A DNA stretch of 63,469 bases, filler included, from Stramenopiles sp. TOSAG23-2 (GCA_900128395.1; 11 parts of 11 records of this genome joined end to end with filler, not necessarily neighbours in it), one strand, 5' to 3'; counted from the whole stretch's first letter, positions 34,040 through 45,416 are shown. Notes: generated by a model from the letters alone, not told the origin. Program-made: numbers and translations.

Positions 34040-34622
34040 TTTTTCGAAAGTGCTGGTACACCAAAACCGGTGGAAAACGAAACCTAGTACAAAAAAAAGT
34101 AATTTAAAAGTAGTTAAAAAACCTATCAAACAAAATGCCAAAAACCATTTTTCAACAAGTTTGGTAAAATCTAGACATACTGTAAAGATAATTCTTGATC
34201 CTATCAAACTGAAGGATTTTTGGACTTCGAACGAAAAAAATATTTTTCACATCTATTTCGGCAATTGCATACATATATGAATCTTGTAAACTTGGAAAAA
34301 TAATGCATCTTAAACATGCACACTGGCAAATGAACAAATCATCGTTTGATATACATAATATTAACATATTTCTTTATGTATAACATAAATAAATCAATGC
34401 TAAATTTTTGAGGAAAAAAAATATTGATTACATTGCGTTCAATGCTGTTTATGAATATTGCAATATTGCTTGATGTGCATATCTTTTCGCCTTGGATTTA
34501 TTTAATTTTTTTATCTTCAAGGGATTCTAGTACATATCGGGAAAATAAGGTCAAATCTCTGTTTTTAACTCATTTTTTTAGGTATCGTATCAAATACATC
34601 TAAATACGACTGAAAATTTACA

Positions 34623-34722
34623 NNNNNNNNNNNNNNNNNNNNNNNNNNNNNNNNNNNNNNNNNNNNTTAATTAATTAANNNNNNNNNNNNNNNNNNNNNN
34701 NNNNNNNNNNNNNNNNNNNNNN
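34623..34722. other. Artificial contig spacer
   Basis: N44-TTAATTAATTAA-N44. Confidence 0.99.
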
Positions 34723-35340
34723 TGTTTATTTTTGTCACGTTCAATGGTGACGATTTTGAGTGTATCATGGTCTAAATTTATCTGAATGTAATGTCATACT
34801 TTGCTCCTTCTTTTATTTATTTCACTTGTGATGTATATCTATCTATATCTATATATACAATATATTATATACATAGATACATAGTGCATAGTGCATACTG
34901 GCATAGTGTTGTGCACGTTGCTTGTTAGTTGTTCTTTATTGTAAAAGTCTGTTTAAGTCTGATGTCTGATACTGACATAACATATAAATAGCACTATAAA
35001 TTAGTTGGACTTCCGCCTTTTACGCTTGCTAATTGTTGTAATTAATATCGATCTTGTATTTTTCGTCAAAGTGTTGGTACCAGCCCGGCCAGGTACAGTA
35101 TTTCGCGCTGTGGTAAAATAAACCTTAACCTATAAAATCCCATTTTTTTGAAAAAAAGTTTTTAATAGAAAATTTTTTAAAATATATTTATTATTTGAAT
35201 GATGACGATTTCAAAAAATTACAAAGGTAAATAGAAAGTATTATAATAGACCCACAAAGAAGATTAGTTATTTTTTATCGTCAGACGACTACTCTTTTCA
35301 TGCAAAACAGCCAATTTTTTGTTTTTAATTTTAAGCAAAA

Positions 35341-38300
35341 TCATGGCTCATCCTCGAGGATATCTTCCATGCCTCCAAACTCAATATTCTCTTTAATACC
35401 TTCTAAGTCTGGCCGAGCGTCGCCAACACTCCCCCTTGATTGTTTTCGTTCAACAACAGAGTAACAAACCCCCGTCCGGGGCGACCAGTGCAGGACGTGG
35501 TGTTCCCTCCGTTTCACTGACTTGCCTGCTTCGACAAGGACAGTGAGAGATACGAAATGTCCCAATGCTGCGGATAGAAACATGAGCCCTAGCCCGAACC
35601 AATGAAACTCTCCATCGATTTGAAAACAGTTCCCGTCGTCTTGGACGATGAAACCAAAATCGACAAGTGCCTGAAATATCGGTTTTATACTTGTGCATTG
35701 GTAGTCTAACACCTCGTAGCTAACAAATTTAATTTGAAGAATAGTGAAAACTGTTCCGAGGACCCACACCTCCAATGCGGAAAAAGCGCTCAATACTTTG
35801 GTTGCAAGAAATAATTTCTTCAAGCCACATAGTGTCAAGCGTCTGTACCACAAGAATAAAAGTGTGATCATATGTGCAAGTGGGATCACAAATGCAAACA
35901 TGATGTAGACCAGTGTGATGAAAAACGTACCAATTCCTAGTTTCCCGCCCATCATGGATTGATTCAAAAGTTGACTAAAAGCTGAACTTAAGGAATAGGG
36001 CCGTACTGTTGCACCGCCCCCGAGCTCTGTGATGAGACCTGCCACTCCGTGGGTTATAAATGTCCAGGAAGTCACAAAAGCGCCAACCAGCATCAAAGAA
36101 ATCGCAACAAGGACAACAAGGGCAATGAACCATGTGTACTTGCGAGCGCCGGTGCGAAAACGTAACAAACGCATGATTTTGCTCCTCCCAGGATTATCTA
36201 CGTGGGCAAACTCTAAAGTGTTTTCCAAAACGCTTTCTGTATCAGAGTTACTCAAACCAACGTCCATCCACGACAACGGCATTGTTTCTCCCACCTCACT
36301 AGATTGCGATTCGACCGAGGAAGCGCGGCCTCTCCGTCCTTCCGAGCTTAGTGGTACGTCCAAGCGGCGTTCCATCCACGCGTCCGCTGTCACGGCATTC
36401 AAGTGATAAATGACCTGGACATGCGACAACACCAAGGACAAAATTACTGCAAAGCAAAATGAATACAACCCGTACACCGGGGTGATGTAAACTTGAAGGC
36501 TGTAAAAATCCTTTGGAAAAATATCCAATTCTGGGTTCTTAATTTGAATGTAAAAAGCGACCATAGCTTGCGTCAGGACGTACAGATCCAGCAAAGACCA
36601 TTTCCCCATCACATCCAACATGTGAAAATACCTTCCACGCGTTCGTGGATCTAGCATAGCGGGAGGTGCGCACCACAAAGCGCTCATTATCAATAATTTT
36701 AAATATGGCCATGCACCACTAAATGTGCCCATAAACCCTAGCAACAATACTGCACATGCTTTCCACATATCAACCAATGTATAACCAAGGCCAAACGGAA
36801 AGGCTTGCTGATCGAGAAATGCATCGCCCAACACTTTTATGCCGACGTTGACCGAAGCTGCGGTCAATGCGTGGTCAGTAAAAAACAAAACTATGTTGAT
36901 AAAAATCAGAACAAGCATTCCGTAACGAACATTCTGGGGAATGGCTGGGTGGAAAAGAAGCGCTTCCTGATGTTCGTCCCTCCCTGCAGAACCCCGTGGA
37001 AGCAATGATGCCAGTATGGCGCCACCACTCCGTTGCACCTTTTTGTTACCTTTTTTACGACAGAAGATCCGCCGGCACCAAAATATATCGATCTTGCAAG
37101 ATTTTCCCAGGCAAAAATTTACACACGAACAGCAACACCCTTTGCACATACATCGTTTGCGTTGATGTTCGACTTGGAAATAATGCACAAAAAACAGGGT
37201 ACCAAAATAGATCAGTATGAGTCCTCCCACGACGCCTAAGGAAATTAGCCCGGCTTTCGTCGGGACACACTGGGGTGCAATCCATGGTTTAGCCGGGGCA
37301 AAGAACGGGTCGTCCATGCAACCCTCGGCTCCATCTGCACGACGTTTTTCAAGAACAGATTTCATCTGGGAACGAAATGTTTCTGTTTGAAAATGAGATA
37401 TTAAAGTACCTATGCCCTTTCCCACCCATTTGGAAAATTCTTGCACATTCCGTGGTTCTTTTGTCCGACGAATAAACTCTGGCATCAAAGGGGAGTTGCA
37501 ATACAATTGGTCGTCTGCGCGAACAAAATCTGCATCGTTCTTGTTGCAAGCTAAATCAAAGGACACTAGGTCACTTCCTAGGTCGGTCAATTCTTCTCTG
37601 TTACTGCTGACGATATTGTTAAAGCCAGTAAGTATCTCAAAAGCGTCCAATGTGCCCAACCAACAGCTCAAACATGTGGTTGCACGAAGGGGCAGCGCGC
37701 CAAAGCTGTAACCATCGATCGCGACAATGGACGCGATCGAAAGCGTAAGGTTGTTCAAAGTTACCCCAATGCGAAATTGGTCTTTTACGTCACCGTTTGG
37801 ATTTGTTACAGATGAAGTGTCTGCTGGATTTGTCCCTGGAATCCGTTTCACTTTTAACAACATGTCCAACGAGATACGCAAAGGTTTTGATGCCGACGGT
37901 GCAATCACAAACTTCCCGTCCATTCGTGTTTTTGCTGGGGTATCGAACGCTTGCAACGTTGAGATGGTATCCAAATGCTCCAGCGTGAAATTACTTAATC
38001 CTAGTGTGACATTCCCAATCTGCGGCACCAAATCATAATTTTTTACTACCATCGTTTTCGGTCCAAACAACCACCCTTTCTGATCCATTCGCCCGTGCTC
38101 CCCTTTAATACCACACGTTGCATTCGTAATTATTGCGTTTACATTTGGGAACAAAACGTCTTCCACCAAACTTCGCAAGATAGCGATCGGGATACTGGTG
38201 GATAGATCGACTGGTGGTTTCGTTGGCACTGGGCGAGGTCCAATGGAGGAGCCGTTGCAGATCGCTGTTGATGTGGACCCAATTAACTTTTTAATGGAAT

Positions 38301-39825
38301 CGTGCAACAACCCGTTCGCCGCTGGGAGTATTGTATTGTCTATTAAATTATTCATCCCGCCGCCTTCCAGCAGCGTTCCTTCGTACATGTGCGCGACCGA
38401 TTCCCCCAAGGACGCGAGGACAGTGTCTACATCTGGGGAAATCATTCCTTTCACGTGAAGGGCGCCTTTTACTTTGGATGCGGTCAACGTTGCAGCAGTA
38501 AGGTTTGCCGTTTGTACGCCGCGCACGGAGCACCCGAGCGGGCTGTGAAATAATTCCGCTAGAGGCATACTGCCATAAAATGATTCTTTTAATGCCAATG
38601 CTGTAGACCATTGCAAAAGAAGACCCTCTACCGATGGTAAGCTAACGATGACACGCTCGACAAAAGGTTTGGCATTTTTCTTAGGGACCAACACTACGGT
38701 CATCCCAATATCGACTTGTAATGGCCCATTCAATTCCATGGTTGTGTTCATCGTTGCAACACTAATGGGTTCAAATAAATTAATATTTGTGAAGGTATCT
38801 AGCCCTTTGATAAAAATGGACGTTAAATTGACGAGGATGTTCGTGACTGGGTTTCCGGTTAATTTCGCAACGCTTATTCCTCTCTTTCCAAAGCTTATGT
38901 TTAGCCCGTTGCGTTGCCCGCTGTTTTGCTTTTTAATCTGGGATTGAACGAATTGATTGATTCCATTCGGTAAGCCGCACGAAGATTGATCCAGGAAAAA
39001 GTGGACGAGAACGTTTAAGGTGCGAACGACAGGGTTGTTCCGTAAATCGTTCGGTGCGAACGGTTTGAGGGCCTCTAAAATAATATTTTCTTCTTTCCTC
39101 CAACGAATGTCACCTGTCCTATCGTACGGAGACTTTTCTAATAATAACTTCGATACATTCCTTAGCAATGGAGCGAGCACTGTGGTGTTCAATGAAGCGA
39201 TTTCATTGCATACAATAGGATTTATCATTTCGTTCAATTTGCTCCTGACGACCCCTTCCGCTAATTTCAAGAACCCCGACAGTGATAACTTGGAAATAAC
39301 AATTTTCGAGTCGCACCCGACGACGCGCGAGCTGAAAGGGGGAAAATATTCAAACGTTTCTTTTCCTGAGTTTTTTGTTTTTGCCGAAAGCGATAATGTG
39401 GCGGCAGAAGCGGTGGAGATGGCGGTCATGTCCCCGTGCTGAGTGATGATCCCATCTTTAACATCATACACTGCCGTGCAAACCAAATTAATGCCCGCGA
39501 TATGTAACGTCGTCGTTTCTACTGTATTTAAAGGATTACTAACGGGCAAGACGGCCAAGTCATTTAGTGAAATTCCTTTGCACACGATGTTGTGCAATTC
39601 TATATTTACAGTTCCAATAATTTTAACTTTTACTTTTGTTGTAAAATTACCAACAGGGATAACCAGTTCAGAAAGAATATCATTCAATGGTGCCCACTTT
39701 GAGTTTGAGCTGTAGGAAGTTGTTGACGAAGCAAAGGTAGCAGTTGAACTGGCTGCATCGTCCCCCGCCGCTGCCCATGTACGAATGAGAAGAAGGAAAC
39801 TAATGTACCATGCATGTACATTCAT
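35341..39825 (-). CDS. Large membrane protein: signal peptide, long beta-rich ectodomain, two PqiA-like transmembrane modules
   Basis: FSGAWPYLKL...GKWSLLDLYV and VIPLAH...FSALEVWV resemble the PqiA PxxK and W/SxxDV signatures; intronless 1494-aa ORF. Confidence 0.75.
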   Translation of the reverse strand: MNVHAWYISFLLLIRTWAAAGDDAASSTATFASSTTSYSSNSKWAPLNDILSELVIPVGNFTTKVKVKIIGTVNIELHNIVCKGISLNDLAVLPVSNPLNTVETTTLHIAGINLVCTAVYDVKDGIITQHGDMTAISTASAATLSLSAKTKNSGKETFEYFPPFSSRVVGCDSKIVISKLSLSGFLKLAEGVVRSKLNEMINPIVCNEIASLNTTVLAPLLRNVSKLLLEKSPYDRTGDIRWRKEENIILEALKPFAPNDLRNNPVVRTLNVLVHFFLDQSSCGLPNGINQFVQSQIKKQNSGQRNGLNISFGKRGISVAKLTGNPVTNILVNLTSIFIKGLDTFTNINLFEPISVATMNTTMELNGPLQVDIGMTVVLVPKKNAKPFVERVIVSLPSVEGLLLQWSTALALKESFYGSMPLAELFHSPLGCSVRGVQTANLTAATLTASKVKGALHVKGMISPDVDTVLASLGESVAHMYEGTLLEGGGMNNLIDNTILPAANGLLHDSIKKLIGSTSTAICNGSSIGPRPVPTKPPVDLSTSIPIAILRSLVEDVLFPNVNAIITNATCGIKGEHGRMDQKGWLFGPKTMVVKNYDLVPQIGNVTLGLSNFTLEHLDTISTLQAFDTPAKTRMDGKFVIAPSASKPLRISLDMLLKVKRIPGTNPADTSSVTNPNGDVKDQFRIGVTLNNLTLSIASIVAIDGYSFGALPLRATTCLSCWLGTLDAFEILTGFNNIVSSNREELTDLGSDLVSFDLACNKNDADFVRADDQLYCNSPLMPEFIRRTKEPRNVQEFSKWVGKGIGTLISHFQTETFRSQMKSVLEKRRADGAEGCMDDPFFAPAKPWIAPQCVPTKAGLISLGVVGGLILIYFGTLFFVHYFQVEHQRKRCMCKGCCCSCVNFCLGKSCKIDIFWCRRIFCRKKGNKKVQRSGGAILASLLPRGSAGRDEHQEALLFHPAIPQNVRYGMLVLIFINIVLFFTDHALTAASVNVGIKVLGDAFLDQQAFPFGLGYTLVDMWKACAVLLLGFMGTFSGAWPYLKLLIMSALWCAPPAMLDPRTRGRYFHMLDVMGKWSLLDLYVLTQAMVAFYIQIKNPELDIFPKDFYSLQVYITPVYGLYSFCFAVILSLVLSHVQVIYHLNAVTADAWMERRLDVPLSSEGRRGRASSVESQSSEVGETMPLSWMDVGLSNSDTESVLENTLEFAHVDNPGRSKIMRLLRFRTGARKYTWFIALVVLVAISLMLVGAFVTSWTFITHGVAGLITELGGGATVRPYSLSSAFSQLLNQSMMGGKLGIGTFFITLVYIMFAFVIPLAHMITLLFLWYRRLTLCGLKKLFLATKVLSAFSALEVWVLGTVFTILQIKFVSYEVLDYQCTSIKPIFQALVDFGFIVQDDGNCFQIDGEFHWFGLGLMFLSAALGHFVSLTVLVEAGKSVKRREHHVLHWSPRTGVCYSVVERKQSRGSVGDARPDLEGIKENIEFGGMEDILEDEP

Positions 39826-40398
39826 TTTAATATCTAATGGGATGGATTGCTAGCACATCACCATGCATCTGTTTGTGATACTTGCTATGAAAAAGCAAAC
39901 AAATGTTGCAAATGTTGAAAGTATTACTAAAATGTTCCTGTGCCGGAAAGTGTGATTCAATAGACTAAATGAACGAAGAAAGAACTAACTTATTTATAAC
40001 AACAACAACTTTAAAAAAAAGTCTAGTGATGATGATGGCAGCACATATGGTGAAATATCATCACACCACTACCACATAGAGAGGATCCGAGAGAGTGGAA
40101 ACGCTAAAACCAATAGCATGCAATAGCACTAGCTTCGGCTACAAACATTTTGTCGGATCCTCTCTACTATTTATCACACCTTTGAATTGCATTAGTCTAT
40201 TGTTGCTGCTGCATTGATGACTTGAGCTTGAATTATAATTATCCACATGAATCAATACATCATATTGTTTATCAATAATGGAATAGAGATATAAAATCAT
40301 CCACAACGATACGAAGAATTCTTGTATATATTTATATATATAAATATATAAATAAGTAAAATGTCATCCACGGATGAGATCAAAGTGTGTTTAAGATT

Positions 40399-40498
40399 NN
40401 NNNNNNNNNNNNNNNNNNNNNNNNNNNNNNNNNNNNNNNNNNTTAATTAATTAANNNNNNNNNNNNNNNNNNNNNNNNNNNNNNNNNNNNNNNNNNNN
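40399..40498. other. Artificial contig spacer
   Basis: N44-TTAATTAATTAA-N44. Confidence 0.99.
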
Positions 40499-40553
40499 AT
40501 GTCATTTCTGCTGTTGAATCACCATTGATGGTGATTGAGCCAGCGCTTTTAAC

Positions 40554-41035
40554 GTTAAAGCTTCACCAGCAACAACAGATATACTACCACCATCATCTGA
40601 TCGTTCTGTACCTTTACTATGACCTGCAGTAACACTAATCGATCCACCATCATTACTTCCGCCGTCATTGGCATGACCTGCAATAACGGTGATATCGCCG
40701 CCATTTCCATTAGCTCCAGTAGTATCACCGACATCAAGACTGAAGCTACCACCGTTACCAATATTACCTGTACCAAGTTTCAAGTTCATTGATCCAGATT
40801 TACCATTCAATGCATCACCAGTAGTTAAACTAAAGCCACCACTGTCACCTGAGCTTGTAGTACCGGTTGTAAATGTAAATGCACCACTGATTCCTTTTGC
40901 ACCTGAGTTTGGTGTAGTAAATACAAATGATCCACTTGATGTTGACTTTGACCATCCAGTAGCAATATCAATGTTGCCACCATTTCCTGTTAAAGCTTCA
41001 CCAGCAACAACAGATATACTACCACCATCATCTGA
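40554..41035 (-). CDS. Fragment of a Gly-rich beta-solenoid-like repeat protein (GGxIxVxAG repeats)
   Basis: Frame open from 41035: SDDGGSISVVAGEALTGNGGNIDIATG...; bounded by a 49-bp exact direct repeat 435 bp apart. Confidence 0.55.
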
Positions 41036-42050
41036 TCAAAGACACACAAATATCAATATATTAAAGTGAATCTTGTAACTAAACAATGTTAATATATCAA
41101 CCTTCTTTCTTATTGTTGTCTATAAACGCATTCAATCTGATCTATCTATCTATGTATTTATATAATATATATATATATGTTCATTTTATTCATATTCATG
41201 ATAGACACATCTCTTTGTGTGTACGTATTATTATAGCACGTAACAACTCTTCCCTTTCCCTTTCCATAAAGAATATAAATACTTGTACTTAATGTAAAAT
41301 ATCTTCCTATGAAAATGTCTACTATCTAAATGGTAACTAAAATCACCAGATCTATTTGGTTTTGTTATAAGTTAAAATGGATCACAATGCTATTGCCTTT
41401 TATTTTGGATTTTGATCAGTGCTATCCATGCGCCATACGATCATGTGTGATCAAATGATATGTCGTCTGATCAAAAAATGGTCTTTATCGAAGTGATTGT
41501 TATTAGCAAATATTCAAGAAAACAAACCCCCTATTCATTTTTAAGTATATTATCGATATACAATGGGTTCTATTTTTATGTCAATAATGCAAATAAAATC
41601 TCTCCCTCTTTCATCGTTATCTACTTTTTCTATCATCGTACCACCATGTGATTGATGTTCCATTCATTTTCTATTTCTATGTTGTATTTGTTTATATATA
41701 TCTATATATGTATATGTACGTCCAATGTCTCTCTCTCTTGTATTTTACATATGTGGTAGTGGTGCTATGATATTTTTTTACGAAAGAAGATTATTTGATG
41801 CTTTATATATTTCATATATATACGTAACCGATTACAAATTACAAAGCACTCCCAGAGGCACGCGTATTGGACGTTATTGCAGTAACTTTTTGCATGTTAT
41901 TAGCAGGTAAATATCATTGTGAGGGACGGAACAGAAAATGTTGTAAATAATTGTTTTTTTTGTCGATTTCCTTAAAAAAAAATCTTAAGGCCTGGAAAAT
42001 TAGAAATTTAAAGGACACTCAAGCGGTTTTTTGGCCCAGTGTCATGATGC

Positions 42051-42199
42051 TTTGGAGGGGAAATTTCCAAAAAAAACAGAGTGCTATTTCTATACTATTC
42101 AATTTCTTTTACTGTGTCCCTGCTTTTTGGAGGGGAAATTTCCAGAAAAAACAGAGTGCTATTTCTATACTATTCAATTTCTTTTACTGTGTCCCTGCT
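42051..42199. repeat. 75-bp tandem duplication (near-exact)
   Basis: TTTGGAGGGGAAATTTCCA... at 42051 and 42126. Confidence 0.85.
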
Positions 42200-42307
42200 A
42201 TTGTGTTTTTTGGGAAGAAATGATAAAATCGCCTAAAAAAAACAGCGATCCGGAACAAAAAAACTAAAAATTATATTTAAATAAAAAAATTATATTTTAT
42301 ATTTATT

Positions 42308-43114
42308 TTAGATACTTCCACTTTTTCCAAGACGTTGTTTTTTCCTTTGAAAAAATTTTTCAGGGGGGACTTTCCTACACTCAACATGTGTTGCTTTCCA
42401 GCACAGCCCACACAGTGGGCCATGCTGGAAGCATGCATTTCTGGTTTGATTTTTGCAATTTTTGCAATTTATTTTTGGAATTCGCATTTTGAAGAACGGA
42501 CATTTTCCTTGCTCCATTTGCTGTTTCAAGGCAAATGTTTCCTCAAAGGGAAAACCAGCAAAGCATACTTCAGCTATAAATACTTTTCTGTATTTAACTT
42601 CACTTGGTTTAATTTCTTCATCATAAAACTTTTGATAATTAAAATCTTTCTTATTTTTCAAATAAGCTCCCTTCATCATACTGCTTAATGGAGAATTGGT
42701 GTGATATTGAGACGACATACTTTTTGCAGCTACAGCTGTTGCATCTTCTCCATCAGCTCCATCAGCTCCATCTTTTCCTTTTTTTTTTGTATCTCCCATC
42801 CTGCTCTTACTTTTCTTCTTCTTCTTCTTATTATTATTCTTCTTCTTATTATTCTTCTTCTTATTTCTCTTTTGATTTCCCCCTACTTCATTGGATCTTG
42901 CAGCATTTCCTTCTTCTACTTGTGTTTCTTTTTCTATTATTGATGCAATGGAAGATCTTGGAGATTTACCACCCTTGTTTTTCCTTTTTTTTAAGCGTAA
43001 CATATATGCTTCTCTGCTGTTTTTATAATTGGGATCAGACATAGCTATATCTTCATCTGAAAGATCATCTGAAAAATCTGGGTCTGATGAGTAATGTGGT
43101 TTATCTGTTGCCAT
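42308..43114 (-). CDS. Basic hypothetical protein with C-terminal Cys/His cluster
   Basis: 268-aa ATG ORF; poly-K tract; CKNC...TRNACFQH..LCGLCWKATH. Confidence 0.6.
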   Translation of the reverse strand: MATDKPHYSSDPDFSDDLSDEDIAMSDPNYKNSREAYMLRLKKRKNKGGKSPRSSIASIIEKETQVEEGNAARSNEVGGNQKRNKKKNNKKKNNNKKKKKKSKSRMGDTKKKGKDGADGADGEDATAVAAKSMSSQYHTNSPLSSMMKGAYLKNKKDFNYQKFYDEEIKPSEVKYRKVFIAEVCFAGFPFEETFALKQQMEQGKCPFFKMRIPKINCKNCKNQTRNACFQHGPLCGLCWKATHVECRKVPPEKFFQRKKQRLGKSGSI

Positions 43115-43304
43115 AGTTATTTCTATTTATGATTATTTCTCTAAACATACAGTGTTTATGTATACAACGTTGACTAAGTTAATTTAAAACAAAAGTTAAA
43201 TATATATTTATGTATAAAAAAAACAGAGAGGAGAAAAAAAAAAGCTGGTGTTGTAATTTTTCGAGAATAATTAAGGTATTTTACGACTTTTGTTGTGACT
43301 TTTG

Positions 43305-43682
43305 ATTAAGGGAAAGTCACATTTTAGTACAAAAATGCTATACATGTTCATAAAATACAATTTAATTTTTACATTTTAATTAGTTTTAAATATGAGATAT
43401 AGTTTTGACAGATTGGTAGGCATGAAATTATGTATACTAAGGGTGCATTTAGCCCTTAATGGAAATTTATTAAAATTGACATGAATTTCTAAAAATAAAT
43501 CAGACGGCCAAAATACATTAAGGGAAAGTCACTTTTTAGTACAAAAATGCGATACATGTTCACAAAATATAATTTAATTTTTACATTTTAATTAGTTTTA
43601 AATATGAAATATAGTTTTGACAGATTGGTAGGCATGAAATTATGTATACTAAGGGAATATTTAGCCCTTAATGGAAATTTAT
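43305..43682. repeat. Diverged direct repeat, period about 212 bp
   Basis: ATTAAGGGAAAGTCAC... at 43305 and 43517 with several substitutions. Confidence 0.85.
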
Positions 43683-43904
43683 ATATTTTTTGCATTAATA
43701 AATTCTAAAAATACATCTAGGCATCTAAGAAAAAATAATAAACAATCAATTGCAATTGCCTGTGATCGATCAGTCATCAGTGGCTGACATTTTGCGCTGA
43801 CGGATTGGGTGGCTGTCAGCAACTCTTAAATCAGCTATATCTTAGGCTTTTTTTAAAAAAATGGTATAAAAAAATGGTGTGGTGGTGAGATATATTGATA
43901 TAGA

Positions 43905-43936
43905 ACAATAACAACAACAACAAGAATAATAATAGT

Positions 43937-43988
<52 letters not shown>
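43905..43988. repeat. (AAC)n/(AAT)n microsatellite in putative 5' UTR
   Basis: Run of AAC/AAT triplets just upstream of ATG 43997. Confidence 0.85.
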
Positions 43989-43996
43989 CAAGACAA

Positions 43997-44434
43997 ATGT
44001 CTTCACAAAAAGCAAATTGGAAAGAAGGAGTAGGGCTACAAATAGTTCAAGCTTTACTTACAATTATGGAGCGGAACTTGGAGCTGCCAGGGCGTGGAGC
44101 TGGCCCGGCGGCCCGTGCAGCAGCAGCATCGGAAGCGTTAACTCGTGTGCAATTGACACGAGGGCAAGCCGCTTGCTACACTTTTGGAAAATTGTCTAAA
44201 GTGTTAGCAAAGATGACTTTGAAGGTCACGAGAGGGCGGCCCACGGGGAACCCTCAGTTCTCGGAGGAGGAACAGCGTGCATATGATCTTTATCAAGCTC
44301 AAAATTCTGCTGCACTTAGCAGCTCCTCCTCAGAGAGTGATGAATCGCCACCATCTCCATACCAGCCACAATATGGATATGGTAATTCTGGGTACAGCCC
44401 TTACCATGATGGTGCTCTTGCTTGCGGAAAGTGA
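43997..44434 (+). CDS. Hypothetical protein
   Basis: 145-aa ATG ORF coinciding with a GC-richer island in AT-rich flanks. Confidence 0.5.
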   Translation: MSSQKANWKEGVGLQIVQALLTIMERNLELPGRGAGPAARAAAASEALTRVQLTRGQAACYTFGKLSKVLAKMTLKVTRGRPTGNPQFSEEEQRAYDLYQAQNSAALSSSSSESDESPPSPYQPQYGYGNSGYSPYHDGALACGK

Positions 44435-45416
44435 AGAAAGCATATGTTGCTGCCAAAAGCAATGGGACTTGTTGCATTGGCAGCAGTACTGCAAGCTGTA
44501 GCAATATAATATAATTTGCAATGCGCATTGTATATGAATACTATAATATTATATCAAAATTTATTATTAAAGACAGTTGTCTTCAGTTGGTACATAATAA
44601 TATTAATATTTTTATAACATTTTTGCAAACTTTTTTGCTTTCATGTCATTCAATTTTTTTTCACAACAAAAATTATATTATATTTTTTCTGCACAAAAAA
44701 AATGTAATAATTAAGGTATTTATAAACACTCAACCCTACTTCCCAAAATGACCATTTTTTTGGATGTTTAGACTTCCGGCAAATTAGACTAAGAAAATGA
44801 ATAAAGCCTAAAATTGGAGACTTAGCATGCTTTTAGGATAATGCCAAAATCACACCGAGTTACTGCAATAACGTCCATTATCGCAACTGCTATCACATTT
44901 AGTAAGAAGGTAAATAGCAGCCGTATAGTATGCTATTTATATGCTAATATCTGAGCTCGGATGAAAAATTATCACTCTCTAGTGGAACAATGTGAATATC
45001 ACCCCTCTTAATTTCTGTTGTATTTTATATTGTTTCGACAGTGGGCAATGTCTTCTGCATCAAGCAAAAAACACCGGAGTTTGACTTTGAATACGCTGAC
45101 ATTTGTAGAGGCACTTTAGATTTGATGTACTTAATCTATGGGGGTACTTTTTTCTTCTTGTTAATCATTGTAGGTATCACAGGTAGACAAGCGTATGAGC
45201 GCATACAATTACTATTGAATCCAGCAAAAGAAAAAGAAGATTGAAAAGCATACAAAATACGAAAAAATGGTGGCGATTGGTAAAAAAAATGGGAGATACG
45301 TATTCATGACTCTTAGTTTGATTTTATTTTGTAAAGCTTTTGCAGATATTATTAAAAAGTTTATTTGAATAAAAAGAAACAAGTAGGTTACTCTCATAAA
45401 ACGTAAAATTAACAGT

